In this document: piece by piece, positions 20,771-31,607 of the stretch | How positions within the stretch are numbered: the stretch's first letter is position 1 | Layout of the letters: the number at the start of each line of letters is the position of its first letter | DNA from: Minisyncoccota bacterium | GTDB lineage: Bacteria > Patescibacteriota > Minisyncoccia > Phycocordibacterales > UBA918 | Direction: 5' to 3' | Assembly: GCA_041688155.1 (NCBI GenBank) | Contig: JBDNIW010000014.1 | Location: 9,517 to 73,516 of the forward strand | DNA: 64,000 nt | Notes under the pieces: model-generated | What the model was told of the DNA's origin: nothing | Seen by the model: the letters and a program-made list of their open reading frames with translations, nothing else | Databases searched by the model: none | Position numbers and translations under genes: made by a program

Positions 20771-21004
20771 ACGGGCTTTTCGGCGGCACACTCGACTCGA
20801 AAACTCCCTGAGTGCACACGCTAAACGCCCGTTGTGGTGGTGCTGGAGCACTTTACTGCTGATGCGCTTTATAAAACACAACAAATTAACTCAATACACT
20901 TGCCCTATTGCATTACCTAGTACCAAAACCACCACGGCGAGTGTTTGGTTTGCTCGGTCAGGGAGCGGATGCGAGTCGAGCGAGTAACCGAAAAGCTCGC
21001 CCGT
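20771..21004. repeat. Imperfect inverted repeat pair (20771-20811 and 20958-21004), MITE/REPIN-like
   Basis: Both arms read ACGGGC..TTTTCGG..CTCGACTCG..CTCCCTGA, in opposite orientation. Confidence 0.5.
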
Positions 21005-21226
21005 ACTGTTGCAACACTCATCTCCCGCCTGAACATTGCACCACTACATACAGAAAGGCCGCCAGCGTGAGCTGACGGCCAGTACCAAAGCCTACTCCTG
21101 ATGTAAAGTAAACGTCACACCAGCAACTGCCGCTATCAGTGCTAACCGAATCTTGCGACGCTCGCGGAGTTATCCTCAAAGCTGATTTCGGAATTGGTGT
21201 TTCAATTGTGCCTTGTTACTAAAAAA

Positions 21227-21254
21227 TTGCAAACGCTGCCACCTGTTATATACT
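21227..21254 (+). promoter_or_regulatory. Sigma70-type promoter of groES-groEL
   Basis: TTGCAA-N16-TATACT. Confidence 0.5.
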
Positions 21255-21339
21255 GTGGACGCGACGGAGGTAGTTCGACGGTTTTTGCAGTCGCAACTGG
21301 TACCAATCGTTTAATTTTATAATTTATACCTATAGATCT

Positions 21340-23331
<1,992 letters not shown>

Positions 23332-23333
<2 letters not shown>

Positions 23334-23374
23334 AAATAAAAAGACCCTGACAAAGTCAGGGTCTTTTTATTTCT
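23332..23374 (+). terminator. Intrinsic terminator after groEL
   Basis: AAAAAGACCCTGAC-AAA-GTCAGGGTCTTTTT. Confidence 0.85.
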
Positions 23375-23534
23375 GCTCCCTGCACTGCACTCGGAAAAGA
23401 AAATGCCTAACGGCGTTTTCTTTTCACTCGTTACGTTTGGTAGTAACAATAATAAAAGCGCTAGCTCTGGCTAGCGCTTTATGTTTACAGTGATCTATTA
23501 TATAATTAATGCAATTAAAAAATAATGTTTGATT

Positions 23535-24131
23535 ATGTTTGGATTAGGAACTGGAGTGGTGATTTTGATCATAGTGGCAGTACTGGCGGTGTTGTACGGG
23601 GTTTACCTGTACAACATGTTTGTGCGACTGACCCAGCGTGGTAAAGAAGCTTGGGCTGACGTAGACGTGCAGCTAAAGCGTCGCTATGACTTGATCCCAA
23701 ACTTGATCGAAACGGTCAAGGGCTATGCCGCACACGAACAAGAAACGTTTAACGCCGTAACAGCTGCTCGAGCGAACGCTACCGCGATGCATGTCGACCC
23801 AACTGGCATCACGCCCGAACAGATCAAAGCCATGGCCGGAGCCGAGGCGGCACTTGGTGGTGCGATTGGTAACTTGCTCGCGATTGCAGAAGCCTACCCA
23901 GACCTGAAAGCCAGTCAGAATTTCAGCCAACTGCAAACCGAACTGTCAGACACCGAGAACAAGATTCAAGCTGCACGCCGATTTTACAACACTAACGTAC
24001 GTGACTTGATGATTGCGCTGCAGTCATTCCCATCAAACGTAGTCGGCAATATGTTCAGTTTTACCGCGCTCGATTACTTTGAACTGCCAGAAAGCAGTGT
24101 GGAGCGAGAGGTGGTAAAAGTTGAGTTCTAA
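23535..24131 (+). CDS. lemA: LemA family protein
   Basis: AWADVDVQLKRRYDLIPNL, EAYPDLKA, ARRFYN. Confidence 0.95.
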   Translation: MFGLGTGVVILIIVAVLAVLYGVYLYNMFVRLTQRGKEAWADVDVQLKRRYDLIPNLIETVKGYAAHEQETFNAVTAARANATAMHVDPTGITPEQIKAMAGAEAALGGAIGNLLAIAEAYPDLKASQNFSQLQTELSDTENKIQAARRFYNTNVRDLMIALQSFPSNVVGNMFSFTALDYFELPESSVEREVVKVEF

Positions 24132-24146
24132 CCAATTCTTGATTCA

Positions 24147-24521
24147 GTGAAAAAAGTCTTCTACAACAAACTAGTCCGGGACAGCATCCCGGCCAAGATT
24201 GAATCAAAAGGTGAGGCTTGTTCTATTCGTGCTATTGCCGATGAGGCTGAGTTCCAACAGGAATTGCTCAAAAAAGTGATTGAAGAGGCGGGTGCATTGT
24301 CACAAGTGCGCTCACGGTCTGATTTCCTGGATGAATACGCTGACCTGATGGTGGTGCTTGATGCGCTGACAGCCTTGCTTGAGGTGTCAGAAGCTGACAT
24401 TCAGATTGCCCTAAAAGAAAACGTTATGCGTAAAGGACTGTACAAACAGCGTCATTACATGCACTGGTCCGAGGATACCGACTATACCAGCAACGAAACA
24501 CCACAAGGAATAAAGAACTAA
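24147..24521 (+). CDS. MazG-like nucleoside triphosphate pyrophosphohydrolase
   Basis: YNKLVRD.IP, KV.EE..., E.ADL motifs. Confidence 0.8.
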   Translation: MKKVFYNKLVRDSIPAKIESKGEACSIRAIADEAEFQQELLKKVIEEAGALSQVRSRSDFLDEYADLMVVLDALTALLEVSEADIQIALKENVMRKGLYKQRHYMHWSEDTDYTSNETPQGIKN

Positions 24522-24522
24522 T

Positions 24523-25419
24523 ATGTCATCTGCCAACTTATACACCCACCAGTCCGCCAATATATTTAAAACCTACGTCCTGATGGGGGTATTCCTGATC
24601 ATGGTAATTGCCATTGGCTACGCCGCGGCGTGGTACATCGGGAATCCAGTGATTCTATATGTTGCAGTGGCGTTTGCCCTCGGGATGAATATTTTCTCGT
24701 ATTGGAGTAGTGACAAGTTGGTGTTGCGGATGACTAACGCTGTACCCGCAGACCCGACCGTACACCGTGAGCTGATTAATATTGTAGAGAACCTCTCGAT
24801 TACCGCTGGCCTACCAATGCCCAAGGTATACGTGGTCAACGATCCTTCACCCAATGCGTTTGCTACTGGTCGCAATCCTGAGCACGCCGTAGTGGCGGCA
24901 ACTACCGGGCTACTTACCATGCTTGATAAAACCGAAATCGAAGGAGTGATGGCGCATGAACTAGCGCACGTAGGGAACCGTGACATGCTCGTGATGACGG
25001 TCGCTGTGGTCCTGGCTGGGTTTATTGCTATTCTGGCTGACTTCCTGATGCGTTCGATGTTTTTTGGGGGAGGGCGAGACCGACACCCAGCGTTCCTAAT
25101 TGTCGGGATTGCGGGTATCATTCTTGCACCTCTAGCGGCCCAACTGATGCAAATGGCGGTCTCGCGTCGCCGAGAATACCTAGCTGACGCCACCGGTGCG
25201 CTACTAACTCGCTACCCAGAAGGACTGGCTTCAGCGCTCGAGAAAATCAGTGGTGCCAAGATACCGATGCAAAAAGCCTCCCACGCCACCGCCCACATGT
25301 TTATCGCTGATCCGTTTGCGGGTGAGAAGCAAGGGTTTATGCAGAAAATAGGTGGTATGTTCCAAACCCACCCCCCAGCCCCCGAGCGCATTGCACGATT
25401 ACGCGGGATGAATATATAG
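24523..25419 (+). CDS. htpX: M48 zinc metalloprotease HtpX
   Basis: PNAFATGR, HELAH, SRRREYLADA, THPP. Confidence 0.95.
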   Translation: MSSANLYTHQSANIFKTYVLMGVFLIMVIAIGYAAAWYIGNPVILYVAVAFALGMNIFSYWSSDKLVLRMTNAVPADPTVHRELINIVENLSITAGLPMPKVYVVNDPSPNAFATGRNPEHAVVAATTGLLTMLDKTEIEGVMAHELAHVGNRDMLVMTVAVVLAGFIAILADFLMRSMFFGGGRDRHPAFLIVGIAGIILAPLAAQLMQMAVSRRREYLADATGALLTRYPEGLASALEKISGAKIPMQKASHATAHMFIADPFAGEKQGFMQKIGGMFQTHPPAPERIARLRGMNI

Positions 25420-25464
25420 GAAAAGGGCGCAATATAGCGCTCCTTTTGATACACTATCGGTAAC

Positions 25465-25551
25465 GGAGAGATGGCAGAGTGGTCGATCGCGCATCCTTGG
25501 AAAGGATGTATACGTTTACGCGTATCGGGGGTTCGAATCCCCCTCTCTCCG
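25465..25551 (+). tRNA. tRNA-Ser (GGA), long variable arm, CCA not encoded
   Basis: GGAGAGA acceptor paired with TCTCTCC, anticodon stem CATCC-TTGGAAA-GGATG, GGGGGTTCGAATCCCCC T arm. Confidence 0.95.
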
Positions 25552-25553
25552 CA

Positions 25554-25703
25554 TGAACGTAGTGAATAAGGAGAGAGAGTAAAGCGCGGGGCGCTTTACG
25601 TGGGGATTCGAAAAGCTTTTGAGTCAGATTGGGAGCTTTGCTCCCCAATCTGTCCAAAAGGTATACCGCTCGTGTAACGAGAGAAATTCCCCCTCTCTCC
25701 GCA
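25554..25703 (+). repeat. tRNA-derived structured repeat, copy 1 (~150 bp)
   Basis: Near-identical to 26778-26926; ends with the tRNA 3' end CCCCCTCTCTCCGCA. Confidence 0.95.
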
Positions 25704-25711
25704 TCTTAGAG

Positions 25712-25740
25712 CTAGCACGAGACACTATATTTCGTGCTAG
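25712..25740. other. 11-7-11 palindrome, candidate tyrosine-recombinase site, overlapping an extended -10 promoter
   Basis: CTAGCACGAGA-CACTATA-TTTCGTGCTAG; partial copies at 26025 and 26687. Confidence 0.55.
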
Positions 25741-25749
25741 TCTTTATTT

Positions 25750-26007
25750 ATGAAAAAAACAGAAACAGATATCTATAAAGAGTATTTGGAGTATAATCAT
25801 AAGCGCTCTTTTCTCTTTGGAAAAGAACAGCACTGGAGAACCCACCATGAAGGTTATGAAGTGGGTCACCAGGATGGTGTAACTGAAACAAATGATTCTT
25901 GGTATAAGGAGCTGGGAATAGATTTGAAGAATTTTCCAATAAACGTAGACGAGCAGTTTAGTATTATGAAAAAAGCGTTGCAGGAGTATTATATTAAAAA
26001 TAAGTAA
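25750..26007 (+). CDS. AT-rich hypothetical protein (island ORF 1)
   Basis: 85-aa ORF preceded by TGcTAGTCT-N6-ATG. Confidence 0.7.
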   Translation: MKKTETDIYKEYLEYNHKRSFLFGKEQHWRTHHEGYEVGHQDGVTETNDSWYKELGIDLKNFPINVDEQFSIMKKALQEYYIKNK

Positions 26008-26044
26008 CCCTTTTGCATTTAATGCTAGTACGGAAAATTTTGTT

Positions 26045-26725
26045 ATGAGCTTATTTAAACGAGCTATTGTTTTGATAGAGAAAGCAGCTGATTCTGGTTT
26101 CTTTAATATGCAGGAAAAACCATATATAGACGAAGTACTCTCTAGGCTAAGAGGTCTTGAAAATAGGTACATTAAAGTTACTGAATTAAATAATAGCTAT
26201 CTTGAGTCTGATCAGAGGATTTTAGAGTCTAGAGAAAATTTTAATGAAGAAAAAGTTTTTGAAATGCTAACGAAGCAGGCTACTGTCGATCCAAAATTAA
26301 AAAATTGGATGGCTGGAAAGAAAGAGATAAAGATTGAAAGCAAAACAGAAATAACCACTTTCAATCTTTCAGAGTCAAATGATGAAAAAATTTCTGAACT
26401 ACAATCCTTAACTGAAAATATCTACCATGATTTATGGTCTATTAAAGAACGTTTGAACAAGGTTAAGAAATATAAGAATTTTAATCCACCAGGAGTGCGA
26501 GACGTTAGGAATCAGCTTATTGTTCATGTTGATAAGCCAAATAGTGGAGCAACACTATATTCTTTTGGAATTCAAACTAGGGGTCCTGTATTGAGGCCAG
26601 TAAAACCATCTCAAGCAAAAGCAAGGCATGACAATGGAGCAGTCAGTAATGTTGAGGAATTTCTTAATGATTTAATTAAAATAAGCGCACGAGACACTCT
26701 CAGACCGAAATCCGAAAATAACTAA
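26045..26725 (+). CDS. AT-rich hypothetical protein with HEPN-like RNxxxxH motif (island ORF 2)
   Basis: 226 aa, helical character, VRNQLIVH. Confidence 0.7.
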   Translation: MSLFKRAIVLIEKAADSGFFNMQEKPYIDEVLSRLRGLENRYIKVTELNNSYLESDQRILESRENFNEEKVFEMLTKQATVDPKLKNWMAGKKEIKIESKTEITTFNLSESNDEKISELQSLTENIYHDLWSIKERLNKVKKYKNFNPPGVRDVRNQLIVHVDKPNSGATLYSFGIQTRGPVLRPVKPSQAKARHDNGAVSNVEEFLNDLIKISARDTLRPKSENN

Positions 26726-26777
26726 ATCGGTCAAGCCTACCTTGACCGTCCACGGTTCTAACTCGAGACAGCCCGCA

Positions 26778-26926
26778 GCGAACGCAGTAAGCAAGGAGAG
26801 AGAGTAAAGCGCGCGGCGCTTTACGTGGGGATTCGAAAAGCTTTTGAGTCAGATTGGGAGCTTTGCTCCCCAATCTGTCCAAAAGGTATACCGCTCGTGT
26901 AACGAGAGAAATTCCCCCTCTCCGCA
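26778..26926 (+). repeat. tRNA-derived structured repeat, copy 2
   Basis: Core matches copy 1 except one loop base and a 2-nt CT deletion near the end. Confidence 0.95.
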
Positions 26927-26949
26927 GCGAACCTTGTTATACTATCTTG

Positions 26950-27468
26950 ATGAAACGGCAAGATATCCTTAATATCCTTTTTACCTTTGTTATTGGGGTG
27001 GTGGTTGGGGTGTATGTGTTTTTTGCTGGGTTTGCGCCGACGGCTGATCGAATTGAAACTGCTGTGGAGGGCATCGGCCAGTCGCTGGTTGTTACCGGTG
27101 AGGCTTATGGTGGTTGTGATCGGGCTGGGACGTGTCCGTCTTTTAATATTGCTGACAATGGTGATTATCGGTACGCGTTCACCCCACGGGGCGCCAACGA
27201 AGCAGTGTTGCGCGAAGGGACCCTGCCACTAGATATCCAGCGCCAAATGAAGCGCAGTCTGCAACCAGACGTTCTGCGCCAGTTTAGTGTCCCTATCGAC
27301 CCAATTATGTGCGACTCGTATGTCGATGGTATTGATGTTCGCTATATCATTGAATTAAATGACGAGATGTATGAGGTTGATTCTTGTGAGACCGCAGTAA
27401 ATGGTGACAGTGTAGCCTGGGAGACACTTGGCGGTTTGTGGTACTACTTTGAACTGTCTGATCGGTAA
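26950..27468 (+). CDS. Membrane-anchored hypothetical protein with four Cys
   Basis: N-terminal TM; leaderless-type -10 box 6 nt upstream. Confidence 0.75.
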   Translation: MKRQDILNILFTFVIGVVVGVYVFFAGFAPTADRIETAVEGIGQSLVVTGEAYGGCDRAGTCPSFNIADNGDYRYAFTPRGANEAVLREGTLPLDIQRQMKRSLQPDVLRQFSVPIDPIMCDSYVDGIDVRYIIELNDEMYEVDSCETAVNGDSVAWETLGGLWYYFELSDR

Positions 27469-27607
27469 GTTTCATTGCACATCAACGTAAGTGTGTTGCA
27501 AAGTGAAAGAGGGGTTAGTTGTTGTCGTATTAATAGATGTAGCAGTTGTCGCGACTGGTGCACTAGTTAGATATTACAAACTGAAACTTGAAACATTACA
27601 GAGGCAT

Positions 27608-28234
27608 ATGAAAACAACATCTAAATCATTTTTTGTCGCGGTCGCCGCCTTTGCTGTCACCGCGTCAGGGGTGCACGCATTTGGGAGTGCGGAGTTGCTC
27701 ACCAAAGCTGGACTGTCAGATAACCAGGTGATTGCGGTACAAGTGGCTCAAGAACTAAAAGCGACCGGACAGCTAGAACAAGCACGTGCGACTCTCGAGT
27801 CAGCTGGTGTGACCAAGGAAACAATGCAGCACATCCGTGAGGTGGCTAAAGAAGCTAAGCAAGCCATGCAGGCAGCGGTAGAACGCAACGATTACCAAGC
27901 GTTTGTAGTGGCGATAGCGGATTCACCACTAGCGGAGATAATCACAACCGAATCAGATTTTAAACAGTTTGCAGCCGCCCACGAGTTGCGGGGAGTGGGC
28001 GATCGAGATGGAGCGAGAGAACTCCTGAGCGAACTTGGGGTTGATACGCAGATGCACGGGAAAAAGTATCGAGGGAAGCATGGCTTGCGGGCACAAGCGC
28101 GCGAGTTACTCAGTGACACGCAGCGCGAAGCGCTCCAAGTTGCACACGCCGCCAATGACAAAGAGGCAGCCCGAGCGATTTTTGCCGAGGTGGGGATTGA
28201 TCTGCCTGAAAAGGGTGTCAGGCAAGAGCGGTAG
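27608..28234 (+). CDS. Secreted helical hypothetical protein
   Basis: Signal peptide (..VHA/F), internal repeats of A..A...D...AR.I...G. Confidence 0.75.
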   Translation: MKTTSKSFFVAVAAFAVTASGVHAFGSAELLTKAGLSDNQVIAVQVAQELKATGQLEQARATLESAGVTKETMQHIREVAKEAKQAMQAAVERNDYQAFVVAIADSPLAEIITTESDFKQFAAAHELRGVGDRDGARELLSELGVDTQMHGKKYRGKHGLRAQARELLSDTQREALQVAHAANDKEAARAIFAEVGIDLPEKGVRQER

Positions 28235-28251
28235 TTAGAACCAGTCAGGCG

Positions 28252-28292
28252 GAAATCAACCGTGGGCGCTATAGGCGCCCACGGTTGATTTC
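28252..28292. terminator. Hairpin/terminator
   Basis: GAAATCAACCGTGGGCGC-TATAG-GCGCCCACGGTTGATTTC. Confidence 0.7.
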
Positions 28293-28309
28293 TCTGCTAT
28301 GATAGTGAC

Positions 28310-28954
28310 ATGATGCGAACAATTTTTGCTGTAGTGATGTGTATCCTGCCAGTTAGTGCGGTCGCATTCATCGCGAGTGAAACTGACATTAGTCAACCGT
28401 ACGAGATTGTCCCGATTGAGGTTACGATGCCCGAGCAGATTTCGTTTTTAGGCACCCTTAGTGACTTCCCGGTAATGTATGAAATCAGGTCAGAAGAACC
28501 ATTTACCTTTACCGCGCAGCTAGCCCAGCCAGTCAACCAAGTAGCTCAACCGTTCTCAATGCTCTTAATTAGGACTGATGATAGCAGTGGTGGCGTGACC
28601 GAGGTTGTCAGACAGGTGTATGTGGCACAAGATTGGGCAACCAAACGAGACAGTTTGCTCGGTTTGCCTCTTCACGAGTCACCCATCCTCAGTCATGATG
28701 TTGGTCCGGGAACCTATCGACTAGAAGTCAGTAGTCCAGACAACCAAGGGCAATATATGTTTATCGTCGGGACGGAGCAGTCATCAGTTTGGTATTTTGA
28801 GCAGTTAGGTTATATCCGTCAGACGCAAGTGTACTTTGGCTACGGTCTGTTCTCGCTCCTCAAATCGTCCCAGGTGTATTATGCAATTGGAATCATCTTG
28901 CTTCTGCTAGCGATCTTTCAAACTGGGCGATTTGCTCGCAAACAACATATATGA
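28310..28954 (+). CDS. Exported protein with C-terminal membrane anchor
   Basis: Signal peptide, PGTY.LEVS..N.G.Y...VG..E-like motif, C-terminal TM. Confidence 0.7.
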   Translation: MMRTIFAVVMCILPVSAVAFIASETDISQPYEIVPIEVTMPEQISFLGTLSDFPVMYEIRSEEPFTFTAQLAQPVNQVAQPFSMLLIRTDDSSGGVTEVVRQVYVAQDWATKRDSLLGLPLHESPILSHDVGPGTYRLEVSSPDNQGQYMFIVGTEQSSVWYFEQLGYIRQTQVYFGYGLFSLLKSSQVYYAIGIILLLLAIFQTGRFARKQHI

Positions 28955-29120
28955 TTAAATTTACCGTCATCGCGATTAGTGCAGCCATCTTGTATTACTA
29001 TGCAAATTTGGCGTTTCAGGGTCAATTATAATTGACCAAACGCCCCTAACAGGGCATACTAGTGCCGTTATTCCCGTTTGCGGACGGGACATTTTTATTC
29101 TCACTATATTTATCACATTT

Positions 29121-30902
29121 ATGCCACAAGAAATCCGTAACATCGCTATCATCGCCCACGTTGACCACGGGAAAACTACCCTAACCGACGGTTTGATGGA
29201 ATTTACCGGTGACCGCATCGGTGACGCGTCCATGGACAACAACGCCATCGAGCAAGAGCGCGGAATCACTATCTACGCCAAAAACACCTCAGTGACGTAC
29301 AAGGACACCAAAATCAACATCGTAGACACCCCTGGTCACGCCGATTTTGGATCAGAGGTAGAACGAGTATTGCGGTCAATCGACAGTGTGTTGCTTGTCG
29401 TAGACGCGCAGGAAGGTCCGATGCCGCAAACCCGGTTTGTGCTCAAAAAGTCATTAGAACTGGGCCTCAAGCCAATTGTGATCATCAATAAGATCGATAA
29501 ACCAGCGGCTGACCCAGACAAGTGCGAAGAGCAGGTACTGGAGCTGTTTCTTGAACTCGGTGCGGACGACGAGCAATCTGACTTTCAAGTGGTCTACGCC
29601 GTAGGGCGGGACGGTAAAGCCAAACGAAAGCTCGAAGACCCCATGGTCGACCTCGCGCCGGTGCTGGACTGTATCCTCGAAACCGTCCCTGCGGCCAAAG
29701 GGTACGTACCAGGTGATGCTTTGCGCGCCCAGGTGTTTAACCTCGGGTACGACAACTTTCTGGGTCGATTAGCGGTAGCGCGTATTTACGAAGGTACGGT
29801 CAAAAAAGGCCAGTCATTATTTATCAAAATGGAGGGAAGCGATGTGGTCAAAAAAGGCAAGGTTGTCAAAATGTCTGGCTATAAGGGCGTCACCCAAGTC
29901 GAGCTTGATGAAGCGTTTGCTGGTGACATTGTCCTGATTGCTGGCCTTGAAGACATCAACATTGGTGAGACTTTGACCGACACTGAATCAATCGAGCCAC
30001 TCGCCGCTATCCACGTCGATGAACCAACTATCGGGATGCAGTTTTTGGTGAATTCATCACCATTTGCCGGCCGCGAAGGAAAATACGTTACCTCACGCCA
30101 GATCGCCGCCCGACTCGAAAAAGAACTTGAGATCAACGTTGGACTGCAGGTTGATTTTGAAGGGGACATCATGGAAGTGTACGGACGCGGAGAAATGCAC
30201 ATCGCGGTCCTGCTGGAGAACATGCGCCGTGAAGGGTACGAGTTGTCTGTGTCCCAGCCGCAGGTAATTATCAAAGACATCGATGGTGTGAAAAGTGAAC
30301 CGTTTGAAGAGGTGACTATCGACGTTCCAGGTGAGTTCCAAGGACCAGTCATCGAACGACTCTCAAATCGCGGTTTCATTATGCAAAACATGATCACCCA
30401 CGGCGAACAGGTCCGCCTACTATTTGAAGGGCCAACGCGAGGACTGCTCGGATACAAAAACCAGTTTGTGGTCGACACCAAGGGCGAAGGCATCCTCGCC
30501 TCCCAAGTCATCGGTTTCCGACCGTACGCCGGTGAGATCAAGAAACGAAAAGCCGGGTCGATGGTGTCGATGGTGTCAGGCAAGGCGCTTGGCTTCTCAA
30601 TTGCGAACCTCCAGACTCGCGGCGAAATGTATATCGGCCCAGCCACTGAGGTGTACGAAGGAATGGTTATCGGCAACACCAGCAAGGGTGAAGAAATGAT
30701 GGTCAACCCAACCAAAGGCAAGCAGCTGACTAACATGCGCTCATCTGGTACCGACGAAGCCATCAACCTGATCAACCCCAAAATCGTCACCATCGAAACC
30801 GGATTAGAAATCATGTCCGAAGACGAATACCTAGAAGTCTGCCCAGTATCAGTCCGATTACGTAAAAAGTATCTGAAAGAGTCAGATCGAAAAAAGCAAT
30901 AG
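29121..30902 (+). CDS. typA: Translational GTPase TypA/BipA
   Basis: IRNIAIIAHVDHGKTTL, DTPGHADF, GRGEMH, KQLTNMRSSG. Confidence 0.97.
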   Translation: MPQEIRNIAIIAHVDHGKTTLTDGLMEFTGDRIGDASMDNNAIEQERGITIYAKNTSVTYKDTKINIVDTPGHADFGSEVERVLRSIDSVLLVVDAQEGPMPQTRFVLKKSLELGLKPIVIINKIDKPAADPDKCEEQVLELFLELGADDEQSDFQVVYAVGRDGKAKRKLEDPMVDLAPVLDCILETVPAAKGYVPGDALRAQVFNLGYDNFLGRLAVARIYEGTVKKGQSLFIKMEGSDVVKKGKVVKMSGYKGVTQVELDEAFAGDIVLIAGLEDINIGETLTDTESIEPLAAIHVDEPTIGMQFLVNSSPFAGREGKYVTSRQIAARLEKELEINVGLQVDFEGDIMEVYGRGEMHIAVLLENMRREGYELSVSQPQVIIKDIDGVKSEPFEEVTIDVPGEFQGPVIERLSNRGFIMQNMITHGEQVRLLFEGPTRGLLGYKNQFVVDTKGEGILASQVIGFRPYAGEIKKRKAGSMVSMVSGKALGFSIANLQTRGEMYIGPATEVYEGMVIGNTSKGEEMMVNPTKGKQLTNMRSSGTDEAINLINPKIVTIETGLEIMSEDEYLEVCPVSVRLRKKYLKESDRKKQ

Positions 30903-30966
30903 TTACATTAGTTGCAAGTCAAAATAAAAGCCCCTAGGGGCTTTTATTTGTGGTACTATTTTAGAA

Positions 30967-31476
30967 ATGAAGAATATAAAAAAGGTAAATATTGCTTACA
31001 TAGATGCGGCAAACCTACACAAGGTGGCCCAGTCACTTGAGTGGGAGCTCGATTACGCTCGATTTAGGGTCTGGCTGAAAGACAAATATAATGTTGATAA
31101 AGCCTATATTTTTATTGGGTTGATTCCTCGATACACTGCGCTTTATACGTATCTTTCAGAATCCGGTTTTACACTTGTATACAAAGAAGTGGTGTATCAA
31201 AATGGCAGTGGCACGCCTAAAGGTAATTGCAACACAGATCTGATAATGAAGGCAATGGAAGATTTCTATGAAGGTAGGTTGAATCGGGCCGTGCTCGTTT
31301 CAAGTGATGGAGATTATGCTCCTCTAGTAAAGAAATTACAAGAAGCAGACGCATTTGAAGTGATTGTTTCTCCTGCGCTAACCGAAAAATGCTCGATTCT
31401 CTTAAAGAAACTCAACTCTAAAATCGCGTACCTTCATGACCAGAAAACAGTTCTACAGAAGAAAATTAGAAACTAA
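30967..31476 (+). CDS. NYN-domain (PIN-like) protein
   Basis: YIDAANL, KGNCN.DL, LVSSDGDY. Confidence 0.85.
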   Translation: MKNIKKVNIAYIDAANLHKVAQSLEWELDYARFRVWLKDKYNVDKAYIFIGLIPRYTALYTYLSESGFTLVYKEVVYQNGSGTPKGNCNTDLIMKAMEDFYEGRLNRAVLVSSDGDYAPLVKKLQEADAFEVIVSPALTEKCSILLKKLNSKIAYLHDQKTVLQKKIRN

Positions 31477-31607
31477 AAAGAAAAAACCCCCAAAAGAGAC
31501 GGAACTCTAGCAGGGTTTCTTTCGTGGTGATTACTTTTTATATTACACTTTTTGCACGTAAAAGCAACTATTGTATGGAAAACTTGATCATTTGCTATAC
31601 TCCATGT

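Noticed and set aside
21119-21145. CIRCE operator upstream of groES (CAGTGCTAA)
   Set aside because: Only the right half resembles the consensus; the left arm does not match at 9-bp spacing
24147-24521. MazG-like gene between lemA and htpX as a defence system
   Set aside because: Common house-cleaning family, composition like its neighbours, no supporting partners
25454-26882. Two minus-strand ORFs sharing MDRLGSKAPNLTQKLFESPRKAPRALLSLL
   Set aside because: They are translations of the two structured repeats, and one runs antisense through the tRNA
25554-26926. CRISPR array or tRNA intron as explanation of the repeats
   Set aside because: Only two ~150-bp copies 1.2 kb apart, no cas genes, and the tRNA is complete without them
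29879-30814. Long antisense ORFs over typA, and similarly over groEL, rnj and the ABC binding protein
   Set aside because: Shadow frames of conserved genes with no recognisable motifs
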